DNA of 64,000 bases from NCBI RefSeq assembly GCF_902713615.1, contig NC_052168.1:5580001-5644000 (forward strand), written 5' to 3'. This document shows, in pieces, positions 24,101 to 36,400 of the stretch; positions within the stretch are counted from its first letter, which is position 1, and each line of letters opens with the position of its first letter. The notes below the pieces were generated by a model. It saw only the letters and a list, made by a program, of their open reading frames with translations, was not told the DNA's origin and searched no databases. A program made the position numbers and the translations under genes. The stretch comes from Scyliorhinus canicula. Its lineage: Eukaryota.

Positions 24101-24234
24101 CACACACACACAGACAGTATAACACTGCACACACACAGACAGTATAACACTGCACACACACACAGACAGTATAACACTGCACACACACACAGACAGTATA
24201 ACACTGCACACACACAGACAGTGTAACACTGCAC
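21177..24234. repeat. ~3-kb compound satellite: palindromic CAGTGT-A-ACACTG core separated by variable (CA)n spacers
   Basis: Direct inspection; the long Cys/Val ORFs here are artefacts of the repeat. Confidence 0.97.
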
Positions 24235-25317
24235 TTGTGTTTCAGAAAGGACGGGTGTTGGCCATTTAGGGACTAAAATGTTAAAGAAATGTCCACTACC
24301 CCCCCTAATGATCCCCTCACCAAGCACACACTTCACTGCAACAGGAAAACAGAGATAAGAGTGTTGTATCAGCACAGTTTGTTGGGTACAGAGAACAATT
24401 TACTCCCATTAGTACTGCACCGATCTCAGTGTTTGCTTCAGTGTATAGACAATACACAGCAGATTAAAGAAAATCATTTGCTTCTTCCTACTACATGTCT
24501 CCTCCTTGTGCATTCCTCCAGGATGAAGGATGATTTGGTTCCGCTCCGGTTTGGGTTCTGAGATGGCTGATAAATCCGATGCACGACCCGCAGGCTCTGC
24601 CAGGGGTGTGGCGGGTGGTGCTGGCAGTGTCAAAGAGCAAAGGATAGAACAGCGCAGAAACAGGCCCTTCGGCCCTCCAAGTTTGCGCCAATCATGATAC
24701 CTGTCTAAACCAAAACCTTCTGCATGGTACAGCACGGTAGCACAGTGGGTAGCACTGTTGCTTCACAGGGAGCTGGATTTGATTCCCAGCTTGGGTCACT
24801 GTCTGTGCGGAGTCTGTACGTTCTCCCCGTGTCGTCCGGATGCTCCGGTTTCCTCCCACAAGTCCTGAAAGACTTGCTTGTTGGGTGAATTGGACATTCT
24901 GAATTCTCCCTCTGTCTACCCGAACAGGCGCCGGAATGTGGCGACTAGGGGATTTTCACAGTCACTTCATTGCAGTGTTAATGTAAACCCACTTGGGAGA
25001 CAGCACGGTGGCGCAGTGGATTAGCTCTGCTGCCTCACGGCGCCAAGGTCCCAGGTTCGATCCCGGCTCTGGGTCACTGTCCATGTGGCGTTTGCACGTT
25101 CTCCCCGTGTTTGCGTGGGTTTCGCCCCCACAACCCAAAAGATGTGCAGGGTAGGTCGATTGGCCATGCTAAATTTCCCCTTAATTGGAAAAAATGAATT
25201 GGGTACTCTTAAATTTAAAAAAAAATAAAAAATTAGGCTTTCATTTCTTGAAAAATAAATTTATATTTCCCAATGTAAGCCTACTTGTGACACTAATAAA
25301 GATTATTATTAATTTAC

Positions 25318-27190
25318 TTCCGGGGTCCGTATCCCTCTATTCCCATCCTATTCACATATTCATCAAGGTGTATCTTAAATGGAATGAAATGAAAATCGCT
25401 TATTGTCACGAGTAGGCTTCAATGAAGTTACTGTGAAAAGCCCCTAGTCGCCACATTCCGGCGCCTGTCCGGGGAGGCTGGTACGGGAAGCGAACCGTGC
25501 TGCTGGCCTGCTTTGGTCTGCTTTAAAAGCCAGCGATTTAGCCCAGTGAGCTAAACCAGCCCCTGGTCGCTATCACATCTGCTTCCACCATCTCCCTTGG
25601 CAGCACGTCCTAGGCACTCAACACCCTCTGTGTAAAAAGCTTCCCTCGCGCATCTCCGCTAAACTTTCCCCCTCAAACCTATGGCCCCTTTTCCACCCTG
25701 GGAAAAAGCGTCTGACTCTCCACTCTATCCGTGCCTCCCATAATCTTGTAGACCTCTATCAGGTCGCCCCTCAATCTTCGCAGTTCCAGTGAAAACAGTC
25801 CCAGTTCATCCAAACTCTCCTCATAGCTAATGCCCTCCAGACCAGGCAACATCCTGGTAAACCTCTTCTGCACCCTCTCCAAAGCCTCCACATCATCTGG
25901 TAGTGTGGCGACCAGAATTGAACTCTATACTCCAAGTTTGGCCTAACTAAGGTTCTATACAGCTGCATCATGTCATGCCAATTTTTATATTCAATGCCTC
26001 GGCCGATGAAGGCAAGCATGCCGTCTGCCTTCTTGACTACCTTCTCCTTGACTACCTGCGTTGCCACTTTCAGTGACCTGTGGACCTGTATGCACAGTTC
26101 TCTCTACCTATCATTATGCCTAAGGGTTCTGCCATTTACTGTATATTTCCCACCTGTATTAGACCTTCCAAAATGCATTACCTCACATTTGTCCAGATTA
26201 AACTCCATCTGCCATCTCTCCGCCCAAGTCTCCAAATGATCTAAATCCTGCTGTATCCTCTGACAGTCCTCATCACTATCTGCAATTGCACCTACCTTTG
26301 TGTCGTCTGCAAATTTACTATTCAGACCAGTTACATTTTCCTCCAAATCATTTATACAAACAACAAAGGTCCCAGCACTGATCCCTGTGGAACACCACTA
26401 GTCACAGCCCTCCATTCAGAAATACATCCTTCCACTGTTACCCTCTTTCTTCTATGACCGACCCAGTTCTGTATCCATCTTGCCAGCTCACCTCAATATG
26501 ACTTTCCCTTGTGTATCAGTCTGTCATGAGGGACCTTGTCAAAGGCCTTACTGAAGTCCATGTAGACAACATCCACTGACCTACTTGCATCAACCATCTT
26601 CGTCACTTCCTTGAAACACGTGATCAAATTAGTGAGACACAACCTCCCCTTCACAAAACCATGCTGTCTATTTTGAATAAGTGCATTTGTTTCCAAATGT
26701 GAGTAAATCCTGTCCCTGAGAATCTTCTCCAATAATTTCCCTACCACTGACAGAAGGCTCAGCGGCCTGTAATGTCCTGGATTATCCCTCCTACCTTTTT
26801 AAACAAAGGAACAACATTGGCAATACTCCATTCCTCTGGGCTCTCATCTGCAGCCAATAAGGATACAAAGATTACTGTCAAAGCCCCAGCAATTCCTTCC
26901 CTTGCCTCCCTCAGTGTTCTGGGGTAGATCCCATCAGGCCCTGGGGACTTATCTACCGTAATGCTTTTTTAAGACGCCCAATACCTCCTCCCGTTTGATA
27001 CCAACATGACCCAGACTATCTACTCCCCCTTCCCCAGACTCATCATCCACCAAGTCTTTCTCTTTGGTGAACACTGATGCAAAGTATCCAATCAGTACCT
27101 CGCCCATTTTCTCTGGCTCCAAGCATAGATTCCCTCCCCTGTCCTTGAGTGGGCCAACCCTCTCCCTGGCCACCCACCTGCTTCTTGGTG
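25318..27190 (-). mobile_element. CR1 LINE ORF2 (RT) fragment, degenerate
   Basis: [62 protein letters not shown] peptides. Confidence 0.95.
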
Positions 27191-28152
27191 GGTTTCTGCT
27201 CTCCCTCTGGCGCCTCAACTTCACCTCCTCGCAGGGCAGCACGGTGGCCTAGTGGTTAGCACAACCGCCTCACAGCGCTGAGGTCCCAGGTTCGATCCCG
27301 GCTCTGGGTCACTGTCCGTGTGGAGTTTGCACATTCTCCCTGTGTCTGCGTGGGTTTCGCCCCCACAACCCAAAAATGTGCAGAGTAGGTGGATTGGCCA
27401 CGCTAAATTGCCCCTTAATTGGAAAAAATAATTGGGTAATCTAAATTTATAAAACAAAAAAAAACTTCACCTCCTCGCATTCCCAACAAAATCTCCCGAC
27501 GTGTTTGCTGTCTTCCCGAATGAACCTTCCCCATTTTGGGTCGGTCCCAAGGGACTCTCATGACTTGACGGGAAGATGTGACCTCACCAGGGATGTTTGA
27601 AGGACATCCCTTCAGCATTTCTGTCGTCAACCTTAGGGCAGCAGGGTAGCATGGTGGTTAGCATACATGCTTTACAGCTCCAGGGTCCCAGGTTCGATTC
27701 CCGGCTGGGTCACTGTCTGTGTGGAGTCTGCACGTCCTCCCCCTGTGTGCGTGGGTTTCCTCCGGGTGCTCCGGTTTCCTCCCACAGTCCAAAGATGTGC
27801 GGGTTAGGTGGATTGGCCATGCGAAATTGCCCGTAGTGTCCTAAAAAAAGTAAGGTTAAGGGGGGGGTTGTTGGGTTACAGGTATAGGGTGGATGCGTGG
27901 GTTTGAGTAGGGTGATCAAGGCTCGGCACAACATTGAGGGCTGAAGGGCCTGTTCTGTGCTGTACTGTTCTATGTTCTAGGGCATTTACAAAAACCTGGG
28001 TGTTGCTGCCGTAACCGAGTTTCGAGTGAAACAGTTGCTTTGGGAGACTGGTGTCAGGCAATGCGAGCGATTTGTCCTGATCAGTGGGACTAATCGATTA
28101 CGTGACTTGTGCGTGTCTCCTTCTCACTTTATGCAACTGTAATGAAAGACCT

Positions 28153-28677
28153 GGGGCGCGATTCTCTGCCCCCCACGCCGGGTGGGAGAATCGCCGGAGG
28201 GCCGGGTGAATCACGCCACGCCGCCCTGGCACCCCCCGCGATTCTCACCCCCCCCCCCCCCCCCCCCAAATGGTGTCTCGGGTGGGCCGAGCGGCCTGCC
28301 GAACACGACCGGTTCACGCCGGCGCCAACCATACCTGGTCGTTGCCGGCGTGAACAGCACGTGGCCGCTGTGTGTGGGGCCTGTGGGGGGGCGGAGGGAG
28401 GATCGAGCACCACGGCCATGCTCAGGAGGTGTCTGGCCCGCGATCGGTGCCCACCGATCGTCAGGCCTGCGTCTCTAAAAGACGCACTCTTTTCCCTCCG
28501 CCGCCCCGCAAGATCAAGCCGCCATGCCTTGCGGGGCAGCGGAGGGGAAGACGGCAACCGCGCATGCGCGGCTGACGTCACTTAGGCGCCGCGGCCACGT
28601 CATTCCCAGCGCGCCGCTTTGACGCAAGCGTCAAGGCCCGGCGCACAAAATTCACGCGCCGCCACTCCTAGCCCCCT

Positions 28678-28714
<37 letters not shown>

Positions 28715-28820
28715 GGGGGAGCGGGAATAGGGGGCGAGGAACGGCCTCCAACGCCGGAGTGAAACACTCCAGGTTTCACTCCGGCGTGGCTGTTTGTCTC
28801 CCTTTGGGAGAATTGCTTCC
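28153..28820 (+). mobile_element. GC-rich MITE with terminal inverted repeats (Harbinger-like)
   Basis: GGGCGCGATTCTC...GAGAATTGCTTCC ends, CTG flanking both sides, subterminal hairpin ACGCCGGAGTGAAAC/GTTTCACTCCGGCGT. Confidence 0.7.
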
Positions 28821-31800
28821 CTGCATTTCCATAGCGCCTTTCACAACCTCAAGATGTCCCAGAGAGCTTTACCGCCAATGCAATGCTTCGGAAGTGTAGT
28901 AGTCACTGTTGTAATGTAGGAAACATGTAAGCGGATTAGTGCATGGCAAGCTCCCACAAACAGCAATGTGATAATGACCAAATCTTTGCCATGTTGGCTG
29001 ATGGAGACACATAGACGCAGACAAGGATGAACACACCTATTTTGGTGTCTCGTGGCGCAATCCCTCCCTCTGAGCCAGAAGCTCCCTGTTCGTGTCCCAC
29101 TCCAGGCCTTGATGGCCAAGGAAAGTGCGACCACAACGCGGGCCAACAGGTTGAGTGTCAAACTGCAAAATCCTTCCAAACGCGGCAGTGGCTGGCGGTG
29201 GAGAGCGGGAGAGACTCCTGGTCAGCTACTCTTGCTGTGGTGTTGTGCCCCTCGATCTATAAGCCCCTGGTGACAGACACTCCAGGATTAACTAACTATG
29301 GGAACAGGAGAAAGAAGATCTCCCCCATTTCAATCACCGTATTTTCTGATGGTTAAACACCAGTACCTGGGGCATCTTTTCTGCTGTGTTGATTAATATG
29401 GCAATAACGCTGACTCAGTGTTCTAGTTGGCAATACAATTCAAATCCTGTTGTAGCTCACAGTGTGAAAATAATTGACTGATTAGATCAACCTTTGGAAT
29501 TCTGCGTTTGAACCTTCGCCTTGTGGACCCGGCAATTAATTCCAACTTTATTCCTCGTAAACAACTTAAATTGTTCACTTCTTTCTCGATCTTTTTGCGA
29601 AGTTCTACTAAAAAATACATTGGGCGTCTCCGTTCCTGAGACTGCGGGCTGGATTCGCTGCCGGCGGGACCCTCTGTTTCTCCGGCAGCGCACACACGCC
29701 CGGGGATTTCCTGGCGGCATGGGGGTGCCCACATTGGCTGGCTGCCAGGAGGGAGAATCCCGCCCTACGTGTTGGCGCCAGGGCAGGATCGTGGACTTCA
29801 TCAGGGTGGTATACACCCCGTGCCAAGCCAATAGATCTCAGTTCAAGGATATCGTTTTCGTTGAGTTGCGTGTTGCTATCTCATATGTAATGTTTCGGAA
29901 CAACTTTCCAAATTGCAGAAGAAGTTGCTCTCAATGTAGACTGCCAATAAAAATTACTTGTTTTTTAAAAAAATGTATTCTTTCATACACCAGAGGGCAT
30001 TGCTGGCTGGGGCCAGCATTTACTGCCCATCTCTAATTGCCCTTGATCTGGAGTCACATGTAGGCCAGACCAGGTAAGGACGGCAGATTTCCTGCCCTAA
30101 AGCCAGATGAGTTTTAATGATAATCGGCAATGGTGTCGGGGTTTATCATTTAGACTTTCAATTCCAGATTTTGATTGGATTCAAATTTCACCATCTGTAG
30201 TGTTGGGATTGGAACCCTGGGTCTTTGTATTATTAGTCCAATGACCAAGCCACTGCCTCCTCCTTGCCCGCCATAAATTCTTAAGATATAGGAGCAGAAT
30301 AAGCCCATTTGGCCCATCATGTCTGCTCCGCCATTCGATCTTGGCTGATATCATCCTGGCCTTAACTCCACCGTCCTGTCCGTTCTCCATAGCCCTTCAG
30401 CCCATTACCAATTATAAATCTGTCTAACTCCTCCTTAAATTTACTCACTGTCCCAGCATCCACTGCACCCTGCGTTAGCAAATTCCACAAATTCACAACC
30501 CTTTGGGAGAATTAGCTACCCCTCAACTCCGTTTTAAATTTACTACCTCTTATCCTAAGATTGTGACCTCTCGTTCCAGAATGCTCCACAGGACGAAGCA
30601 TCCGCTCCACGTCTACTTTATCCAAACATTTATCATCTTGTACACCTCAATTTGATCTCCCCACATTCTTCTAAACTGCTCAGTCTCTCTTCATACGACG
30701 AACCACTCATCTGTGTACATGCAACCACACAGCAGCTAGCCATGTACTGAAATAAACAGGCTGCTCACACAGGGCAGCACGGTTGCACAAGTGGTTAGCA
30801 CCGTGGCTTCACCGCGCCAGGGTCCCAGGTTCGATTCCCTGCTGGGTCACTGTCTGTGCCGAGTCTGTACGTTCTCCCCGTGTCTGCGTGGGTTTCCTCC
30901 GGGTGCTCCGGTTTCCTCCCACAGTCCAAAGACGTGCAGGTTAGGTGGATTGCCCATGCTAAATTACCCTTAGTGACCAAAAAGGTCAGGAGGGGTTACG
31001 GGGATAGGGTGGAAGCGAGGGCGTAAGTGGGTCGGTGCAGACTCGATGGGCCGAATGGCCTCCGTCTGCACTGTATGTTCTATTTCGGAAAGTTCAGTGA
31101 TTTTTAAATTGTAAGTTGCCCCTGGATGTTAAAGTAGGTGCCTGGTGGTACACCTGTCAGAAAGAGTTTAGGGAGAACTATTTCAGAGAACTGGCCACCG
31201 ACAGATGTTAGAACATAGAACATAGAACAGTACAGCACAGAACAGGCCCTTCGGCCCTCGATGTTGTGCCGAGCAATGATCACCCTACTCAAACCCACGT
31301 ATCCACCCTATACCCGTAACCCAACAACTCCCCCCCTTAACCTTACTATTAGGACACTACGGGCAATTTAGCATGGCCAATCCACCTAACCCGCACATCT
31401 TTGGACTGTGGGAGGAAATCGGAGCACCCGGAGGAAACCCACGCACACACGGGGAGGACGTGCAGACTCCACACAGACAGTGACCCAGCCGGGAATCGAA
31501 CCTGGGACCCTGGAGCTGTGAAGCATTTATGCTAATCACCATGCTACCGTGCTGCCCCCAAACCTTAGGGGAGGTTTTTTTCCCTCGTTTTGTTTGCTTT
31601 TTGGGGGGATCGTAAGCTCAACGTGAAGATGTCCACAGTTTGGAATCTAAAAGATTTGGTGGTATAGAGTTGTACTTGTGAAGTGGATTTGCTGTTTTAT
31701 AATGGAAAATGTCCTCAATTAAAATATTTTTAAAAGGAGAATTGAGATGGGGCACTGATGACGGGGTGTCTGTCCTGCAGCAATATTCCCTGATTGTTCC

Positions 31801-32592
31801 TCACTGCCACTCAGGACTCTGTGTTCCTGTTATTATCTCCAATTTTGCTAAGTTCAGTTCCCTCAAGTTGCTGAGTCACTCTGAGTAACACGTCATTCCA
31901 GTTTGCAATGTCACATTGTTGAAATGTCAGGAAGATTCTATTTGATTTGGCAATTCTGGGTGCATCAGCAGCGCAATTGTTTTCGTGGCCTAGCAATTTC
32001 TTTTAAAAATTCAAAACCTGTGGACGCCTTCACGCTGAGCTTATGGTTCCCACAGAGGCCGGTACAGACTGCCCCTCAGTTGCAGAAGGTGAGTCAACCC
32101 GCACCGCTGGCAACGGGAGGTAATCACCGCCATTGACATCTTGCACCAGAGTCCCGGGCGCCACTTTGCTCCTCTGCCCAGCCTGTACTGTTCTGTCGTT
32201 CTTGGTGTCTGAAGGTGGCAATGCGACGTGTACCCGCAAGCCTGTGGCCAGTATGGGGGAGGCGGATATAAGACGGGACGAGTGCAGAAGGTGATGTGCA
32301 GAGTGTGAGCAGCACTTTCATGAAATCTTTCACCCTTACGCAATAGGCTTTTGTTATTACAGATCCTCCCAGGCAGACTGTCTAAAAACACGTCAGCAAT
32401 GAGTCATTGCCAGTAACTGCCGACACTGACTGTGCAATTTTTGTGTCGGCTCCAGCTGTTCTACAGAACGCAATGTTAAAACATTTTAGCTAAAATCTAA
32501 CCACGTTTGTTTCAGAATCAGTTCCTATATCTGTGCAGTGTGTCAATTAAGGGGCAACAATTTCCTCCCATTCAGCCCATTTATATCTCATA

Positions 32593-33410
32593 CATACGTG
32601 TGTATCTGCTTGTATTCGTGTGAGTATATTTGTGTGTGCATGTGTGTGTGCGTGTATCTGCTTGTACGTGCATGTGTGTGCGTGGTGTGTATCTGCTTGG
32701 ATATGTGTGTGTGCGTCTGCTTGTATGTGTGTATATTTCTGTGTGAGTATATGTATGTGTGTGAGTGTATTTGTGTGTGTGTATCTGCTTGTATGTGTGT
32801 GTATGTATTTGATTGAGTATATATATGTATGTCAAAACATACAGCGTGAAGGCGTCCACATGTGTGTGTATCTGCTTGTATGCGTGTGTATGTATTTGAG
32901 TGAGTATATATATGTATGTCAAAACATACAGCATGAAGGCGTCCACATGTGTGTGTATCTGCTTGTACGTGTATGCGTGTGTGCATCTGCTGAACGTGTG
33001 TATATGTGCGTGCGTGCATGTGTTTGTATATGTGTAAATGTCTGTGTGAAATGAAAATCGCTTATTGTCACGAGTAGGCTTCAATGAAGTTACTGTGAAA
33101 AGCCCCTAGTCGCCACATTCCGGCACCTGTCCGGGGAGGCTGGTACGGGAATTGAACCGTGCTGCTGGCCTGCTTTGGTCTGCTTTAAAAGCCAGCGATT
33201 TAGCCTTGTGAGCTAAACCAGCCCCTGTGTATGTATGTATCTGCTTGTATGTATGTGCTTGCATGTGCACATGTGTATGTGTGTAGGATTCTATGTTTGT
33301 GTGTGCTTGTATGTGTGTTACGTGTTTGTGCATATGTTTGTGTGTGTGTATATGCTTGTGTGTGTGCATATGCCTGTTTGCGTGTGTATGCTTATGTGTG
33401 AATGCATTAG
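32593..33410. repeat. Degenerate (TG/TA)n low-complexity region with an internal ~96-bp duplication, interrupted by a SINE at 33047-33225
   Basis: Direct inspection. Confidence 0.9.
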
Positions 33411-36400
33411 TGATGTCTCTTGAACATGTAGTTAGGCCACAGCTAAAATCCTGCGCGCAGTAAATGCTGTACAAGGAGGATGTGATGACATTAGAGAGGG
33501 TACGGAGGAGATTTGCAACTAAGCAAGAATTGGAGAATCGTCACTGTGAAGAAATGCTGGGATGAAGGAAGCTGAGGGAAGATTTACTTGAGGTGGATAA
33601 AATTATGAACAATCTGGATAGAGTGGATAGGGAGGCTCTGTTACTATTAGCAAGGAGCTCAATCATCAGGGACCATAGAGTTAACAAAACTGACAGAAGA
33701 GTTAGAGGGTTGCCAACCCTCCAGAATTGTTGGCCTGGAATCTGCCGGAATTGAAGATCGATCTCCAGAACACAGCTGTGCGCGACCCTGGAGAAACATC
33801 GTCGGGACATTAAAAAAAATATGGGTTTTTTTTCATTTCCTTTGAACATTTCTCTTGATCAGATTTTTTAAATATTGAAAATGGGAAATAAAGGCTGTTT
33901 CACGGACAGAAGTGCATTGTCCCATTGGGTAATGAGTCTCTCTGTTTTCCGATTGGTGAAGGGAGACCGTGCGTCACGAGGGTGGATGTGTTGGCCGGCT
34001 AGAGGGTGGAGCCTGGGGGCAGGTCTTGTGTTGAAACCTCCACTTGGGGGGGGGGGGGGGATTCTCCCGCCTCCCAGCCACATGTCTCTCGGCAACGGGA
34101 GCCGGCACGCCATTCGCTGGCGACCTGATTCTCTGCTCCAGCCGCTGCCAATGGGATTTCCCATTGATGCCACCCCACGGAGCTGGGAAACTATCAGGCG
34201 GGGGGGGGGCGTTACCGGCGGGAACAGCGAATCCCACAGTCAGCGAACGGCTGGTGGATTCTGGCTTTAATCACAGTTGTCAACCCGGATGTCTGTACCA
34301 ACATAAAGTACACACCAAGTTTTTTTTTTCCAATTAAGGGGCAATTTGGCGTGGCCAATCCACCCACCCTGCACATCTTTGGGTTGTGGGGTAAGCCCCC
34401 CACAGACACGGGGAGAATGTGCAAACTCCACACGGACAGTGACCCGGGACCGGGATCGAACCCGGGTCGTCGGCGCCGTGAAGCAGCAGTGCTAACTGCT
34501 GTGCCACTGTGCCGCCTCGTGCAGACTAAGATAAAGGGAACAATTCCTTCCAATGGCTCGAGGGAACCCCACCACCTGGAGGTTCCCCTCCGAGTCACTC
34601 ACCACCCCGAGTTGGAAATATATCGGCCATTCATTCGCTGTCGCTGGGTCAAAATCCTGGAACTCCCTCCCTAACAGCACAGTGGGTGTACCTACACCTG
34701 AAGGACTGCAGCGGTTCAAAAGGCAGCTCACCACTACCTTATGAAGGGTAATTAGGGATGGGCAATAAAAGCTGGCCTAGCCAGCCACGCCCACATCCCG
34801 TAAATTAATTTTCATAAAAAGATTCATCATAGGATGTACAGTGCAGAAGGAGGCCATTCGGCCCATCGAGTCTGCACCGGCTCTTGGAAAGGGCACCCTA
34901 CCCAAGGTCAACACCTCCACCCTATCCCCATAACCCAGTAACCCCACCCAACACTAAGGGCAATTTTGGACACTAAGGGCAATTTATCATGGCCAATCCC
35001 CCTAACCTGCACATCGTTGGACTGTGGGAGGAAACCGGAGCACCCGGAGGAAACCCACGCACACACGGGGAGGATGTGCAGACTCCGCACAGGCAGTGAC
35101 CCAAGCCGGAATCGAACCTGGGACCCTGGAGCTGTGAAGCAATTGTGCTGACCACAATGCTGCCGTGCTGCCCTAAACATAGGGCACAGCAGGCCTATGC
35201 TTCTTATTCACTGAGCAATTGGTCATCTCTGATTCTTCGACCTCTCTCTGGTTTTTATTCCCACTTAATTTACTGTGAGACCAAAAGTCAATTTCCCGAT
35301 GTCACAATTAACTTTTGGAATTTTGATCTCGGGATCATAATAATAATCTTTATTAGTGTTAGTATTTATGAGTATTATTATTATTAGTGTCACAAGTCGG
35401 CTTACATTAACACTGCAATGAAGTTACTGTGAAAAGCCCCTAGTCGCCACATTCCGGCGCCTGTTCAGGTACACAGAGGGAGAATTCAGAATGTCCAATT
35501 CACCTAACAAGCACGTCTTTCGGGACTTTGTGGGAGGAAACCGGAGCACCCGGAGGAAACCCACGCAGACACGGGGAGAACGTACAGACTCCGCACAGAC
35601 AGTGACCCAAGCCGGGAGTCGAACCCGGGTCCCTGGCGCTGTGAAGCCACAGTGCTAACCACTGTGCTACCGTGCCGCCATAAAGGCGGGCGAGAGAGGA
35701 GTCAAATTTCCTGGCAAACAATGTCGGGGGAATTTCCTTCCGCCTGCTTTATCACGTCCTGCTCGCTCTTTGAAAGGTCACCTCTCCGGCATTAATTTAT
35801 TTCCCCGCGAAATTAAATTCCCCGCCTGTGGGAAATTGGGATGGTCACTGTGTGTAAATGGCGAGCACCTGGCGAGTAGAGGCTCCCATGAGGTAATGGT
35901 GGTGGGGAGGGCAACATCACTGCTCACCCATCCGTCAGATTCGTCGTGGTCCGCACAGGTGCATTAATGAGCTGAACAGCGCAAGATCGCACGTGTCCAG
36001 CTGTCCCCAGGAGGAACCACTCCTACTTACACGCCTGGTACCGAATTTGGATTTCAGAGCGTATGATTTCACCCAATGTTGACCCTTTATCAGATCAGAT
36101 CAGCCATTTACACATTCTTTATACTTTCTAATGGTTTTGGTTAATTCAATGTTTCTACCGATAGCTGAATTAAAATTTAATCTCAGTCGTTTACATTTCA
36201 TTTTTTAAAAAAAATTTAGAGTACCCAATAAATTTTTTCCAATTGAGGGGCAATTTAGCATGGCCAATCCACCTAGCCTGCACATCTTTGGAGGAAACCC
36301 ACGCAGACATGGGGAGAACGTGCAGAGAGGTTTACAATTCATCTACATTGGTGGCACGGTAGCACAGCGGTTAGCACTGTTGCTTCACAGCGCCAGGGTC

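Noticed and set aside
21080-24375. Long Cys/Val ORFs (up to 1049 aa); CRISPR-like or IRE-array reading of the satellite
   Set aside because: Stop-free simple repeat; spacers are only (CA)n; CAGTGT lies in a stem arm rather than an IRE loop
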